This document shows positions 18,915 through 27,603 of a DNA stretch of 64,000 bases, piece after piece. The notes below the pieces were generated by a model, which ran no database searches, was not told where the DNA came from, and was given only the letters and a program-made list of their open reading frames with translations. A program made the translations under genes and the position numbers. The DNA lies in assembly GCA_031280685.1 (NCBI GenBank), contig JAITGM010000020.1, positions 21,755 through 85,754 of the forward strand, written 5' to 3'. Source of the DNA: Christensenellaceae bacterium (lineage in GTDB: Bacteria > Bacillota > Clostridia > Christensenellales > UBA1750). Numbering within the stretch: the first letter of the stretch is position 1; every line of letters starts with the position of its first letter.

Positions 18915-19424
18915 GTGCGCATGAAAAGAATTTTCGCTCTTTCAATCGTTTTGGCCTTGGTTCTTGTGCTGTGCCTTGGCACCGCTTCCGCTTCTTCAAG
19001 CTCCCGCTATGGATATGGCAGCGGCTACACCGCATTCGTTGATGCGAGCTCGCTGAACCTGCGCGCGGCGCCCAGCACTGGCGCGGCCAGGATTGGTTCG
19101 CTTCACCGCGGCGCTTGGGTGAACGTTCTTGAGGATTTGGGTTCTTGGTCTTATGTGGAATGCTATGTGCACGGCTACTTGACGAGGGGCTATGTCTACA
19201 CCGGCTATCTCTTCGTGGGTTCCGAGTACGTTCAACCCTCTGCAAGGTATTCCTCTGCGGCCACCACTAAAACGGTGAAAAAGGTCGTGACGGTGCAAGA
19301 AACCGTGGTCGTTGTGCCGAGCGAAAATTGCTGGCCCAGCAGTTACTATCCTTGCGGTGGCTATGTCTACGGCGGCAAGGTTCCGCCGGAAGAAAGCGTC
19401 TACAGCCGCATTTTGCCGCAGTGA
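18915..19424 (+). CDS. Small secreted SH3b-domain protein
   Basis: Signal peptide MRMKRIFALSIVLALVLVLCLGTASA. One SH3b-like unit (LNLRAAPSTGAARIGSLHRGAWVNVLEDLGSWSYVE...GYVYTGYL). Confidence 0.65.
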   Translation: MRMKRIFALSIVLALVLVLCLGTASASSSSRYGYGSGYTAFVDASSLNLRAAPSTGAARIGSLHRGAWVNVLEDLGSWSYVECYVHGYLTRGYVYTGYLFVGSEYVQPSARYSSAATTKTVKKVVTVQETVVVVPSENCWPSSYYPCGGYVYGGKVPPEESVYSRILPQ

Positions 19425-19447
19425 TAAGCAAAAATCGCAGTTTGTAA

Positions 19448-19477
19448 GGAAGCGGGTTTAGCCCGCTTCCTTTTTTT
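19448..19477 (+). terminator. Rho-independent terminator
   Basis: Stem GGAAGCGGG (19448-19456) / CCCGCTTCC (19462-19470), followed by T7. Confidence 0.8.
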
Positions 19478-19872
19478 GCCCGGTTCTTGGGCTTGAACTT
19501 GGTGCGAAAGTGCGATCGCACGGTGGGCTTCGGGCGGCAAGGGCTTGGCCGGCAATACGCGCTTTGCTATCGCCGTGGCGCAAGGCCCTTCGGATTCTTG
19601 AGCGTGGTGCAAAAAAGTAAACGAGGAGGGGTTTGGGTTATAAAAGAGCGCTCCTTGGCCTGGAAGGGTGCTGTACCACTGCCGAGGTACTTGCGCCGAA
19701 AAAGCCCAACGCAAGAGCGTCTGCGGCTCTTTGGGTCAAGCCGAACACAGAAGGGCGACCGCGAAGGGCTGGCTTCGGGCGGCAAAAGAGCCTTGGCTTG
19801 GCGAACGGCGCCGCCATTTCTATGTGCAAACCCCGCGCGCAGGGCCATTTGCGGCGCCGCAGGGCAAATAAG

Positions 19873-19901
19873 GAAGCGGGCCAGTTTTTCTGGCCCGCTT
19901 C
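19873..19901 (-). terminator. Terminator hairpin downstream of the minus-strand permease gene
   Basis: 12-bp stem GAAGCGGGCCAG / CTGGCCCGCTTC with a TTTTT loop. On the minus strand it is followed by CTTATTTG, a weak U-tract. Confidence 0.5.
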
Positions 19902-19915
19902 AAAGGGGGTTGCGC

Positions 19916-20458
19916 TTAATTTAGGTGCAGAGCACGCCGGATGGCGGCGAGCACGGGCAGGGCGATGATCACGGCCAGCGCCGCGGTCACGAGTTGCACG
20001 AGCTGGTTAAAGAACGCGGTGGCCAGCGCGGGCGCGAGCGCCCCGGTCTTGGGTAACAGCATGAAAAAGGCCATTCCAAGGGCGATCACCGCGTATTTGA
20101 CGGGCGCCGCGAGGAAGGCGATCCAGATACGGCCGGGCTTAAAGCCCTGCGCCGCCCCGATAGACACCACTGCGTTGCCCAGCATGACGGGCACCATCAT
20201 CGGCAGCTGCGAATGGCCCTGCATCACGGCGATGATGGGCGCGACGGCCGCGATGATCAGCGAAGACCAGACGTTGACGCCGGCCGCCGCGACGATGAGC
20301 CCAAGGTTGACCAGGGTGCCGATGATGTAGGTGACGTAATCAAGGCTCGGAACCGCGCTGCCCGACGGAGGGAAGAGCGGGCGCGAAAGTTGAAAGAGCA
20401 GGGTCAGTGCAAGGAGCACCGCCGTGCGCGTGATGAACTGGACTTGCTTGCTTGCCAT
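19916..20458 (-). CDS. Small polytopic membrane protein, ECF S-component-like permease (substrate unknown)
   Basis: 180 aa with ~5-6 hydrophobic helices. Size and helix pattern resemble ThiW/TrpP-type S components. Lies 9 nt downstream of the ACT-regulator gene. Confidence 0.45.
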   Translation of the reverse strand: MASKQVQFITRTAVLLALTLLFQLSRPLFPPSGSAVPSLDYVTYIIGTLVNLGLIVAAAGVNVWSSLIIAAVAPIIAVMQGHSQLPMMVPVMLGNAVVSIGAAQGFKPGRIWIAFLAAPVKYAVIALGMAFFMLLPKTGALAPALATAFFNQLVQLVTAALAVIIALPVLAAIRRALHLN

Positions 20459-20467
20459 ACGCTAAAG

Positions 20468-20722
20468 TCATCCTCCCTGTTTTGCGGCGAGGAGGCTTTT
20501 GCAGCTCACGCCCGAAAGCGCGCCGAGCTTGCCGGTGAAGGCGCCGATTTCATCGTTGCTGCCTTCGATGATCAAGGCGATGACGCCGCGCTTGTTTTCT
20601 TGATCGGGGATGCCCATGCGCCCTCGAATTAGGCGAATATAGTCGCTGATGATGCGGTTAACCCGCTCGGAGGCGCTTAGATCCTCCACAACGATGCCCA
20701 CGAAGCCCAGGCGCTTTTCCAT
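20468..20722 (-). CDS. TM1266-type small ACT/NikR-C-terminal-like regulator (family annotated as iron-only hydrogenase system regulator)
   Basis: 84 aa. MEKRLGFVGIVVED...VN.IISDY...I.GRMGIP......GVIALIIEGSNDEIGAFTGKLGALSGVSCK lines up along its length with my recollection of T. maritima TM1266. Confidence 0.6.
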   Translation of the reverse strand: MEKRLGFVGIVVEDLSASERVNRIISDYIRLIRGRMGIPDQENKRGVIALIIEGSNDEIGAFTGKLGALSGVSCKSLLAAKQGG

Positions 20723-20932
20723 GATGCAAAATCCTTTCGCCGCGCATGATATTGGAAAGTGTCAGGGTTCGCTTTCTAGGGGGATCTCATTCCCGCTCAC
20801 CTCGTTCTCTTCGCCTGAGGCCGTCGTTTTGCCCTTGGCGTCAATGAAATGGGGGCTAGGGCTGCATGAAGCGCCGCCCAAATGCCTTCCCTCATACTAT
20901 ACCATGTTTTCGCGGGGAATCAACGGGTTTTA

Positions 20933-20963
20933 TAAAAAGAAGCCCCGCGCTTTGCGCGGGGCT
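20933..20963 (-). terminator. Rho-independent terminator after yebC
   Basis: Perfect 10-bp stem AGCCCCGCGC (20941-20950) / GCGCGGGGCT (20954-20963). On the minus strand it is followed by TCTTTTTAT. Confidence 0.8.
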
Positions 20964-20989
20964 GGGGTTTTTAGCGGATTCGGGAGACG

Positions 20990-21727
20990 TTAATCCTCGT
21001 CTTCCTCCTCGGGGAGCTCGGCATTGTGAAAGACCTCGTTTACATCATCGAGATCGTCGAGCATGTCGATGATCTTGAGCAGCTTTTCGAGATCCTCGCC
21101 CTGGGGAGCGACGGTGTTTTGGGGGATTTGATCCACCTGCGCGGAAGAGAGACTGTATTTGCCTTCAAGCGCCTCACGGACGGCCGAGAGCTCGTTCGGG
21201 CCGGTGAGGATCTCGTAAACGCCGTCGTTGAGCTGAACATCGTCGGCTCCAGCCTCTAGGGCATCCAGCGTGACCTCGTCTTCATCGAGGTTTTCATTCT
21301 CGATGATGAGGACGCCTTTGCGATCAAAGAGGTAGCTGACGCAGCCCGTCGCCCCAAGGGAACCGCCGTGCTTTTCAAAGGCATGGCGCACATCGCCCGC
21401 GGTGCGGTTACGGTTTTCGGTGATGCAATCGACGATGATGGCGGTGCCTGCGGGGCCGTAGCCCTCGTAGCTGATCTCGACATAATTGGCGTCACCATCC
21501 TCGCCCGAGGCCTTTTTGATCGAGCGCTGGATGTTATCGTTCGGCATGTTGTTGGCCTTCGCCTTGGCGATGACGTCGCGCAGCTTGGAGTTTGAAACGG
21601 GATCCGGTCCGCCCGCGCGGACGATGATCGCGATTTCGCGCCCGAGTTTGGTGAAGATCTTGCCGCGCGCCGCGTCTGCCTTGCCCTTTTTGTGCTTGAT
21701 ATTGGCCCATTTCGAGTGCCCTGACAT
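20990..21727 (-). CDS. yebC: YebC/PmpR-family DNA-binding regulator
   Basis: MSGHSKWANIKHKKGKADAARGKIFTKLGREI... is the canonical YebC N-terminus, and similarity continues over the full length. Confidence 0.93.
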   Translation of the reverse strand: MSGHSKWANIKHKKGKADAARGKIFTKLGREIAIIVRAGGPDPVSNSKLRDVIAKAKANNMPNDNIQRSIKKASGEDGDANYVEISYEGYGPAGTAIIVDCITENRNRTAGDVRHAFEKHGGSLGATGCVSYLFDRKGVLIIENENLDEDEVTLDALEAGADDVQLNDGVYEILTGPNELSAVREALEGKYSLSSAQVDQIPQNTVAPQGEDLEKLLKIIDMLDDLDDVNEVFHNAELPEEEDED

Positions 21728-21833
21728 ATTGAAAATCCCTCCCGGATATGCTTTAGCAAATAAGAGTATAGCACGGCAAGGCCGAATCCGTAAAGCCTTG
21801 CCGCGCTATTGTTTTGAAGGTTTAACCGGGCTT

Positions 21834-22478
21834 TTACCGCTTGAGTAGATTCAGGCCGATTTCGTAGGCGCTTTGCAGATCCTTGGGGAATTGCTCCTGC
21901 CGCCAGGCGCGCTTATCGTCGATGTTGAAGATCTTGTTCATGTACTTGGAATAATCGTCGAACTGCCAGGTATTGGTGCAAAGATAGTACTCCTTCGGGC
22001 CGTTCAGGCTGCTAAGCAGGCCGAAGTTCTGCTGGAACATAGCTGGGTAGCCAGCGCTTTGGGCCTGCTCTGCGCGCACGTTCATGGTGAAGAAGAAGGC
22101 GGCCGCGATCTGATTTCCGCTTTTGGGGCCAAGAGGGCCATCATAGCTGCCGTTCATGAACGCCAGCCTTTCGAGGAAGCAGCGGGTTTCGCCGGTCACG
22201 TTGCCGCAATAGACGGGGGAGCCTACGAAGAGGGCGTCGGCCTGCATGATGCGGTCTAAGACCGGCTGCAAATCGTCCTTCAGGGCACAGTGCCACATGC
22301 CGGAGCCGTCCGCCTTCATGCAGTTGAAGCAGCTTATGCAGCCCTTGAAGTTCAAATCGTAAAGGTGGATGAGTTCGGTTTGGGCACCTTGAGCCTTCGC
22401 GCCCTCAAGTGCGGAGGAAAGGAGCTGCGCGGTGCTCCAGTTTTTGCGCGGGCTGCCGTTGATGGCGATTGCCTTCAT
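21834..22478 (-). CDS. Flavodoxin-like FMN reductase / iron-sulfur flavoprotein family protein
   Basis: MKAIAINGSPRKNWSTAQLL, a Cys cluster (CISCFNC...C) and GSPVYCGNVTG, typical of NADPH-dependent FMN reductase / Isf-like proteins. Confidence 0.65.
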   Translation of the reverse strand: MKAIAINGSPRKNWSTAQLLSSALEGAKAQGAQTELIHLYDLNFKGCISCFNCMKADGSGMWHCALKDDLQPVLDRIMQADALFVGSPVYCGNVTGETRCFLERLAFMNGSYDGPLGPKSGNQIAAAFFFTMNVRAEQAQSAGYPAMFQQNFGLLSSLNGPKEYYLCTNTWQFDDYSKYMNKIFNIDDKRAWRQEQFPKDLQSAYEIGLNLLKR

Positions 22479-22519
22479 AAAAAAGGCCTCCTTTCTTGTG
22501 TGGCGTATGAGAGAGTGGG

Positions 22520-23968
22520 CTAAAACTCCTCGTCGATCGCGAGGGGCTTGGCGCCTGGCGGAATTGGGCAGGTATAGCCTTCCCTGGCGTTGAGGGCAAA
22601 CTCCGCCTTGGCCTTTTTGAGGAGCTCCTCATCTTCAAAGAGATCTATGGCGGCGGCGGCCAGCACCTTGCCGGCCGTGAGCAGGCCCTTGTGGGCGATG
22701 GAGCTCTTGCCGCAGGCGACCTGCTGCCAGGAATGCCCTGGGGACTTGGACGCAAAGCAGGCGGTGACGAATTGCGCGGTGGGCGTGAGCCAGGAAACAT
22801 CGCCTACGTCGGTGGAGCCCATCGACTGCCTGGTGCTTTGGAAGTAGGGCACGATAAAGTCGTTGATGGGCTTTTGCCCATCGTTCGAAAGGCGGCGAAC
22901 CTCTTCCGTCACCTCGCTGCCGTCGATCAGGCCCTTGCCCGGCAGGCCGCTCTTGGCATTTTCGATGGTCGCGATCAGGGCTTGGGCAAAATCCTCCTCT
23001 TCCTTCGTGTAGTTCGGCGCGCCGACGAGCGTGAGATTATCGAAAAGAAGCTTTTCGAGGGTGAAATTCGAGATGGTGTTGGCCGTGCCGTCGATGAAAC
23101 GGCGCTCCATCCTGGTTTCGGTCATCATCGCGGCGGCCTCGGCGATTTTATCGACGCGCCCCAGCAGCGCGAGGGCCTCTTTAACCTGGGTGGAGCGCAC
23201 CATATACAGCACGCGGGCCCGCGGCTGCACCACGTTGGCAGAATCGCCGCCCGCGTCGGTGATGGCGTAGTGCACCCGCGCATGATCCGCCATGTGCTCG
23301 CGCAGGAACTGTACGCCGATGTTCATCAATTCAACCGCATCCAGCGCGCTGCGGCCGGATTCCGGCGCGCCGGCCGCGTGCGAGGCCACGCCCGTGAATT
23401 TGTATTCGACCTGGATGCTCGAGTTGTTCGTGCCCGTGGTGATGGAGTTGACATCGCCCGGGTGCCAGGTCAGCGCCGCGTCGATTTGCTTCCAAAGGCC
23501 GTCACGCGCCATGAAGGCCTTGCCCGCGCCGCCTTCCTCGCCCGGGCAGCCATAAAAGACCACGGTGCCTGGCTTTTTCGTTTTTTGCAGATAGTCCTTC
23601 ACGGCGAAGGCTGCGGCCAGGGCGCCAGCGCCCAGCAGGTTGTGGCCGCAGCCGTGCCCGGCGCCGTTTTTGATCAACTCCTTTCGCTCGGCGATACCGG
23701 CCTCCTGCGAAAGGCCAGAAAGCGCGTCGAACTCGCCCAGGAGGCCGATGACGGGCCCGCCGCTGCCAAAGCTGCCCGAAAACGCGGTCGGTACGCCGCA
23801 AAGCCCGGTTTCGACCGTGAAACCTTCCTCCTTTAATAGTTCCACATACAGCGCCATGGACTGAAACTCCTTCAGGGAAAGCTCCGCAAAGCTCCAAATT
23901 TGGTCGGAAAGCCCGGTGAAAATCGCGCTGCGCTCATCAATATAGGCGAAAAGCTCTTGCTTGGTCAT
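22520..23968 (-). CDS. M20-family amidohydrolase (AbgB / aminobenzoyl-glutamate hydrolase subunit B-like)
   Basis: 482 aa. Metal-site motif GHGCGHNLLG, a dimerisation insert and the overall M20D/AbgB pattern. Confidence 0.75.
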   Translation of the reverse strand: MTKQELFAYIDERSAIFTGLSDQIWSFAELSLKEFQSMALYVELLKEEGFTVETGLCGVPTAFSGSFGSGGPVIGLLGEFDALSGLSQEAGIAERKELIKNGAGHGCGHNLLGAGALAAAFAVKDYLQKTKKPGTVVFYGCPGEEGGAGKAFMARDGLWKQIDAALTWHPGDVNSITTGTNNSSIQVEYKFTGVASHAAGAPESGRSALDAVELMNIGVQFLREHMADHARVHYAITDAGGDSANVVQPRARVLYMVRSTQVKEALALLGRVDKIAEAAAMMTETRMERRFIDGTANTISNFTLEKLLFDNLTLVGAPNYTKEEEDFAQALIATIENAKSGLPGKGLIDGSEVTEEVRRLSNDGQKPINDFIVPYFQSTRQSMGSTDVGDVSWLTPTAQFVTACFASKSPGHSWQQVACGKSSIAHKGLLTAGKVLAAAAIDLFEDEELLKKAKAEFALNAREGYTCPIPPGAKPLAIDEEF

Positions 23969-24114
23969 GAAAGCCCCTCCTTTTTGGCCTAATGATAGGG
24001 GTTTGGGCTAAAAAAGTCAAGCCAGAGCGCGGTTTTGCGCGCCGCTTGCTTGCCCTTTGGCGGCGCGTATTGTATACTGCAAAAAAACGATGGCTTCGCC
24101 CAAGGAGGGGTTTT

Positions 24115-24690
24115 ATGCGCTATTTCGAAAAGATTGCGGGCGAAAGAATCTATCTTTCCCCCATCAATGAAGAAGATCTTCCACTGTATACCCGCTGGAT
24201 GAACGACCCCGAAACCACGGAATCCCTCGGAATGAAGCGCTCTGTTTTCAGCCTTGCCCAAGAAAAGGAAGCACTGCAGAGCATGGCCCGCAGTGAAACG
24301 GAAAAGCACTTCGCCATCGTTTTAAGGGAGGGGAACCGCCTCATCGGCGGCATCAGCCTGCAGAACCTTCAACCCTTCAATCGGCGAGCCGAGGTTGGGA
24401 TCTTCATTGGCGAAGAAGAGGATCGCGGCAAGGGCTACGGCATGGAGGCCATGCGCCTGCTGCTGGGCTTCGCCTTTTTAACCCTCGGGCTGCACAGTGT
24501 TTCTTTAAGCGTTTTTGCCTTCAACGCGAGGGCCATCGCCGCCTATAAGAAGGTCGGCTTTAAAAAATGCGGCCAAAGGCGCGAGGCGCACTTTGCGGAC
24601 GGCGCCTTTCACGACATCCTCACGATGGACATACTAGCGCATGAGTTTTTGGCTGAAAACCCGGCCAAAAGCGATAGGCTTCAGATCTAA
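24115..24690 (+). CDS. GNAT N-acetyltransferase (RimJ/RimL-like)
   Basis: ATG 24115 follows AAGGAGGGG. Segments YLSPINEEDLPLYTRWMNDPE and the acetyl-CoA site (RGKGYGMEAMRLLLGFAF). Confidence 0.8.
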   Translation: MRYFEKIAGERIYLSPINEEDLPLYTRWMNDPETTESLGMKRSVFSLAQEKEALQSMARSETEKHFAIVLREGNRLIGGISLQNLQPFNRRAEVGIFIGEEEDRGKGYGMEAMRLLLGFAFLTLGLHSVSLSVFAFNARAIAAYKKVGFKKCGQRREAHFADGAFHDILTMDILAHEFLAENPAKSDRLQI

Positions 24691-24714
24691 ACATCAAGAA
24701 AGCAGGGGCAAAGC

Positions 24715-25884
24715 ATGCTATTTAGAGGCAACAACGGCCGCTTTTTGGATAGGCTGCGCGGGCGCTTTGATTGGGTCCTCTTTTTTGTGGTGCTCGCCCT
24801 GGCGCTCCTTGGCGTGACGCTCATTGCCAACGCCACGGCGGATCCTTACGCCCAGAGCGAGGGCTCGGGCATCGCTTCGCGGCTCGTGGGGCTGCTCACG
24901 CGCTCGGCAAGGCTGCAGATGACCTGGGTCGGCGTGGGGCTTGCCGCGTTTTTGGTGGTCTATTTGCTGTTTGACTACCGAGTTTACGGCGAGCTCGCCA
25001 TCCCGATCTATATCGCGGCGAACCTGATCCTGATCGCGGTGCTCTTTTTGCCCCAGGTGCGCGGGATCAGCGCCTTCATGACCTGGATGAACGACAGAAC
25101 CTTTCAGCCTTCCGAGGTCTGCAAGGTGGCCATCATCATCACCCTGGCGCGGCACCTTTCGAGCAGAAATAGCCGCATTTCAACCATAAAGGAGTTTCTT
25201 CCTTACCTTTTGCACTTTGCCTTGCCGTTCGGGATCATCATCCTGCAGCAGGATTTTGGCTCCGCGCTCGTCTTTCTGGCGATCTTCATCGGCATGGTCT
25301 TCGTTTCGGGCATAGACCTCAGGGTATTCCTGGGTTTTGCGGCGGCAGGCGGGCTCGCGGCGCTCGCATCTTGGCCGTTTTTGTCTGAATTCCGGCGCGA
25401 AAGGGTGCTGAACTTCCTCGACCCCTCGCGGGACATCTCGGGCGGGGGCATGCACGTCTATTATTCAAAGATAGCCGTGGGCTCGGGGCAGGTTTCCGGC
25501 AAGGGGCTCTTCGTCGAAGGCAGCATCAGCCAGCTAGACTTCGTGCCCGTCAAGCATTCCGACTTTATTTTCGCCGTGACCGCGGAATCCGTGGGCTTTG
25601 TTGGCTGCCTGCTGATCCTCGCGCTGTATTTGGCGTTGCTCCTGCGCTTGTTTTACCTCTCGTTCAAGATGATCGATCCCTTCGGCTCGCTCATCATCGC
25701 GGGAGTGGGCTCCATGCTGCTCTTTCACATCATCGAAAACATCGGCATGACGATCGGCATCATGCCGGTCACCGGCATTCCCCTGCCGTTTTTAAGCTAC
25801 GGGGGCAGCTCGCTCCTGGCCAACATGCTGGCCATGGGCCTTTGCTTTAACGTGCTGAGAAACCAGCAAAGAAGTTTATTCTAG
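24715..25884 (+). CDS. rodA: SEDS-family rod-shape protein RodA
   Basis: Motifs PSEVCKV, HSDFIFAVTAESVGFVG and VTGIPLPFLSYGGSS. It is the second SEDS paralog in the window. Confidence 0.88.
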   Translation: MLFRGNNGRFLDRLRGRFDWVLFFVVLALALLGVTLIANATADPYAQSEGSGIASRLVGLLTRSARLQMTWVGVGLAAFLVVYLLFDYRVYGELAIPIYIAANLILIAVLFLPQVRGISAFMTWMNDRTFQPSEVCKVAIIITLARHLSSRNSRISTIKEFLPYLLHFALPFGIIILQQDFGSALVFLAIFIGMVFVSGIDLRVFLGFAAAGGLAALASWPFLSEFRRERVLNFLDPSRDISGGGMHVYYSKIAVGSGQVSGKGLFVEGSISQLDFVPVKHSDFIFAVTAESVGFVGCLLILALYLALLLRLFYLSFKMIDPFGSLIIAGVGSMLLFHIIENIGMTIGIMPVTGIPLPFLSYGGSSLLANMLAMGLCFNVLRNQQRSLF

Positions 25885-25939
25885 CGCTCATATTCAGCCC
25901 AATTTGGACATACCGTTTACAAAAAGGGTTGGAGGCTTG

Positions 25940-26755
25940 ATGCGCATGGAAAAATGGGAATATGGCGGCAGCGGCAGGCTACGCGCGGTGACCGAGGCGG
26001 ACCGGCGCTACAACATCGAGAGGGAAAGGCTGGCCATGCGAAAGAGCCAGGGCATGGCCAAGCGCGGCCGTAACGTCTACCAAAACGCCCTCAACAAGTA
26101 CAAGAGCTGGTATGATGAGGGCAGGGAGCAAAGGCGGCAGGGCCAGCAGGAAGGCCGGGGCGAAGTAAGGCCCGGCCGCGGCCGGCTGATGATGCAATCG
26201 GCCGCGTGCCTGGCGGTTTTAGCCCTGCTGGCCGGGGCAAAATACCTGCCGTTCGGCCCATCGAGGCAGTTCGTGGAAACGGTTAAGACCGTGGCGACGG
26301 TTTCGATGGAGGATTCCGGGGTCAGCGAGGCGCTGGGTAAGCTCAAGTTCGTCAGCAATATGATTCCGGACTCGGTTCTGGTCTTTTGGAACAAGGGCTT
26401 TGAAAAGGCGCCGGAAACCCTCGAAGCCCCCCTCAAGGATGCCCGCCTGGCCCTCAAGGAGGGCGAGAGCGGCTGGTTCCTCGGCGAAGGGCCGGCGCTG
26501 GCGATGGCCGACGGCAAGGTGAAGTCCGTAGTGCGCTCGCGTTACGGCGGCTACCGCGCGGTGGTGGAGCACTCGGGCGGCATGAGCAGCAGCTACGAGC
26601 CGCTGACCGGTGTGCGCGTCGCCCCGGGCGATGAACTGCGCGCCACGCAGAGCCTGGGCACCCCCGTGACCGAGGAAGGGCATTCCAAGCTCCTGGTGAG
26701 CGTCTTCGTCAACGAGGAAAGCGCCGATCTGGGCGCCTACTTTAAGCAGCCGTGA
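25940..26755 (+). CDS. SpoIVFA-like membrane protein with degenerate LytM/M23 domain
   Basis: Charged N-terminus, one TM (AACLAVLALLAGA) and an M23-like C-terminal fold (GKVKSV...GYRAVVEHSGGMSSSYEPL...VAPGDELRATQSLG). I see no HxxxD/HxH metal motifs. It lies immediately upstream of, and overlaps, spoIVFB. Confidence 0.55.
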   Translation: MRMEKWEYGGSGRLRAVTEADRRYNIERERLAMRKSQGMAKRGRNVYQNALNKYKSWYDEGREQRRQGQQEGRGEVRPGRGRLMMQSAACLAVLALLAGAKYLPFGPSRQFVETVKTVATVSMEDSGVSEALGKLKFVSNMIPDSVLVFWNKGFEKAPETLEAPLKDARLALKEGESGWFLGEGPALAMADGKVKSVVRSRYGGYRAVVEHSGGMSSSYEPLTGVRVAPGDELRATQSLGTPVTEEGHSKLLVSVFVNEESADLGAYFKQP

Positions 26756-27603
26756 CGCTTTGCGTGATCGGGGGCGTGCGCATTCGCGCGCGCCCCCCTG
26801 TTTTGCTGCTGGCCGGGCTTTGCGCGCTCTTTGGCCAGGCCGAGGGGCTGCTGCTGGCCGCCTGCCTGCTTTGCGCGCACGAGGCGGCGCACGCGCTGGC
26901 CGCCCGCGCACTGGGGCTGCGGCTGCTCGAAATCGAGCTTGCGCCCTTCGGAGGTGTGGCGCAAATAGAGGATGTGGAGCGGGCGCCGGCGCGCGAAGCG
27001 CTCGTGGCCGCGGCCGGGCCGCTCTGCAACCTGGGTCTGGCGGCGCTGGGCGGGCTTTTTGCCTATTGCGCCCCCCAAAGCGCGCCGCATTTGGCGGGCT
27101 TCATCGCCGCGAACCTGGTTTTGTGCTTCTTCAACCTGCTGCCCGCCTATCCGCTGGATGGCGGGCGGCTTTTGCGCGCCCTTCTTTTGGCCTTTTGCGA
27201 ATTCAGGACGGCCTCGCGCGCCGCCGCGGGGCTTGGGCTGCTCTGCGGGTTTGGCGTGACGGCGCTGGCCGTGCCGGTCTACTTGGCGACGGGGAAGTGG
27301 AACCTGAGCTTGGCTCTTTGCGGGCTTACGCTCTTCCTCGCTGCGCTGCGCGAAATGCGGAGTGCCAGGCTGGACGCTGCGCGGCGGCTGCTGAAGATGC
27401 GAATCCGGCTGGAGCAGGGCAGACCGGTGCCCTTGCGTACCCTGGTCGTGCCTGAGGGGACGCGCCCCGAAGCGCTGCTGCGGCATTTTAAGCCGGGAGC
27501 GATTTACCGGGTCCAGATCGTGGACGAGCGGCTGCGCGCCGGGCGCGAACTCTGGCAGTGGGAAATTGAGGAGGAGGTTTTCGGCCGAATCGGGGCGCCG
27601 TGA
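26752..27603 (+). CDS. spoIVFB: Site-2 (M50) intramembrane metalloprotease, SpoIVFB type
   Basis: HExxH (HEAAHALAA), NxxPxxxLDG (NLLPAYPLDGGRLL) and a C-terminal CBS-like region. GTG 26752 overlaps the upstream stop (GTGA). Confidence 0.8.
   Translation: MTLCVIGGVRIRARPPVLLLAGLCALFGQAEGLLLAACLLCAHEAAHALAARALGLRLLEIELAPFGGVAQIEDVERAPAREALVAAAGPLCNLGLAALGGLFAYCAPQSAPHLAGFIAANLVLCFFNLLPAYPLDGGRLLRALLLAFCEFRTASRAAAGLGLLCGFGVTALAVPVYLATGKWNLSLALCGLTLFLAALREMRSARLDAARRLLKMRIRLEQGRPVPLRTLVVPEGTRPEALLRHFKPGAIYRVQIVDERLRAGRELWQWEIEEEVFGRIGAP

Larger units (their letters stand above)
19445..19901. repeat. Non-coding island bounded by a 12-nt direct repeat that forms the left arm of two related hairpins; internal 15-nt direct repeat
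   Basis: TAAGGAAGCGGG occurs at 19445-19456 and 19869-19880. GGCTTCGGGCGGCAA occurs at 19526-19540 and 19771-19785. No credible ORF lies between the two terminators. Confidence 0.5.

Noticed and set aside
19478-19870. RNase P RNA, SRP RNA, tmRNA or 6S RNA hidden in the long GC-rich spacers (also 46699-47209 and 35352-35589)
   Set aside because: I searched by eye for GAGGAAAGUCC, ACAGAAnnCGGCUUA, the GGAAGCAGCC SRP motif and a tRNA-like CCA end. None is present. 6S RNA cannot be excluded without a covariance model.
20723-20932. Glycine or TPP riboswitch in the leader of the TM1266-like gene
   Set aside because: The minus-strand RNA has CGCCAAGGGCAA...CUCAGGCGAAGAGAAC (glycine-like) and AUGAGAUCCCC...GAACCCUGAC (TPP-like) fragments. 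It lacks the P3 hairpin and GGAGAG of the glycine aptamer. It also lacks the CUGAGA and GGAUAAUGCC elements of TPP. It is left as an unassigned leader.
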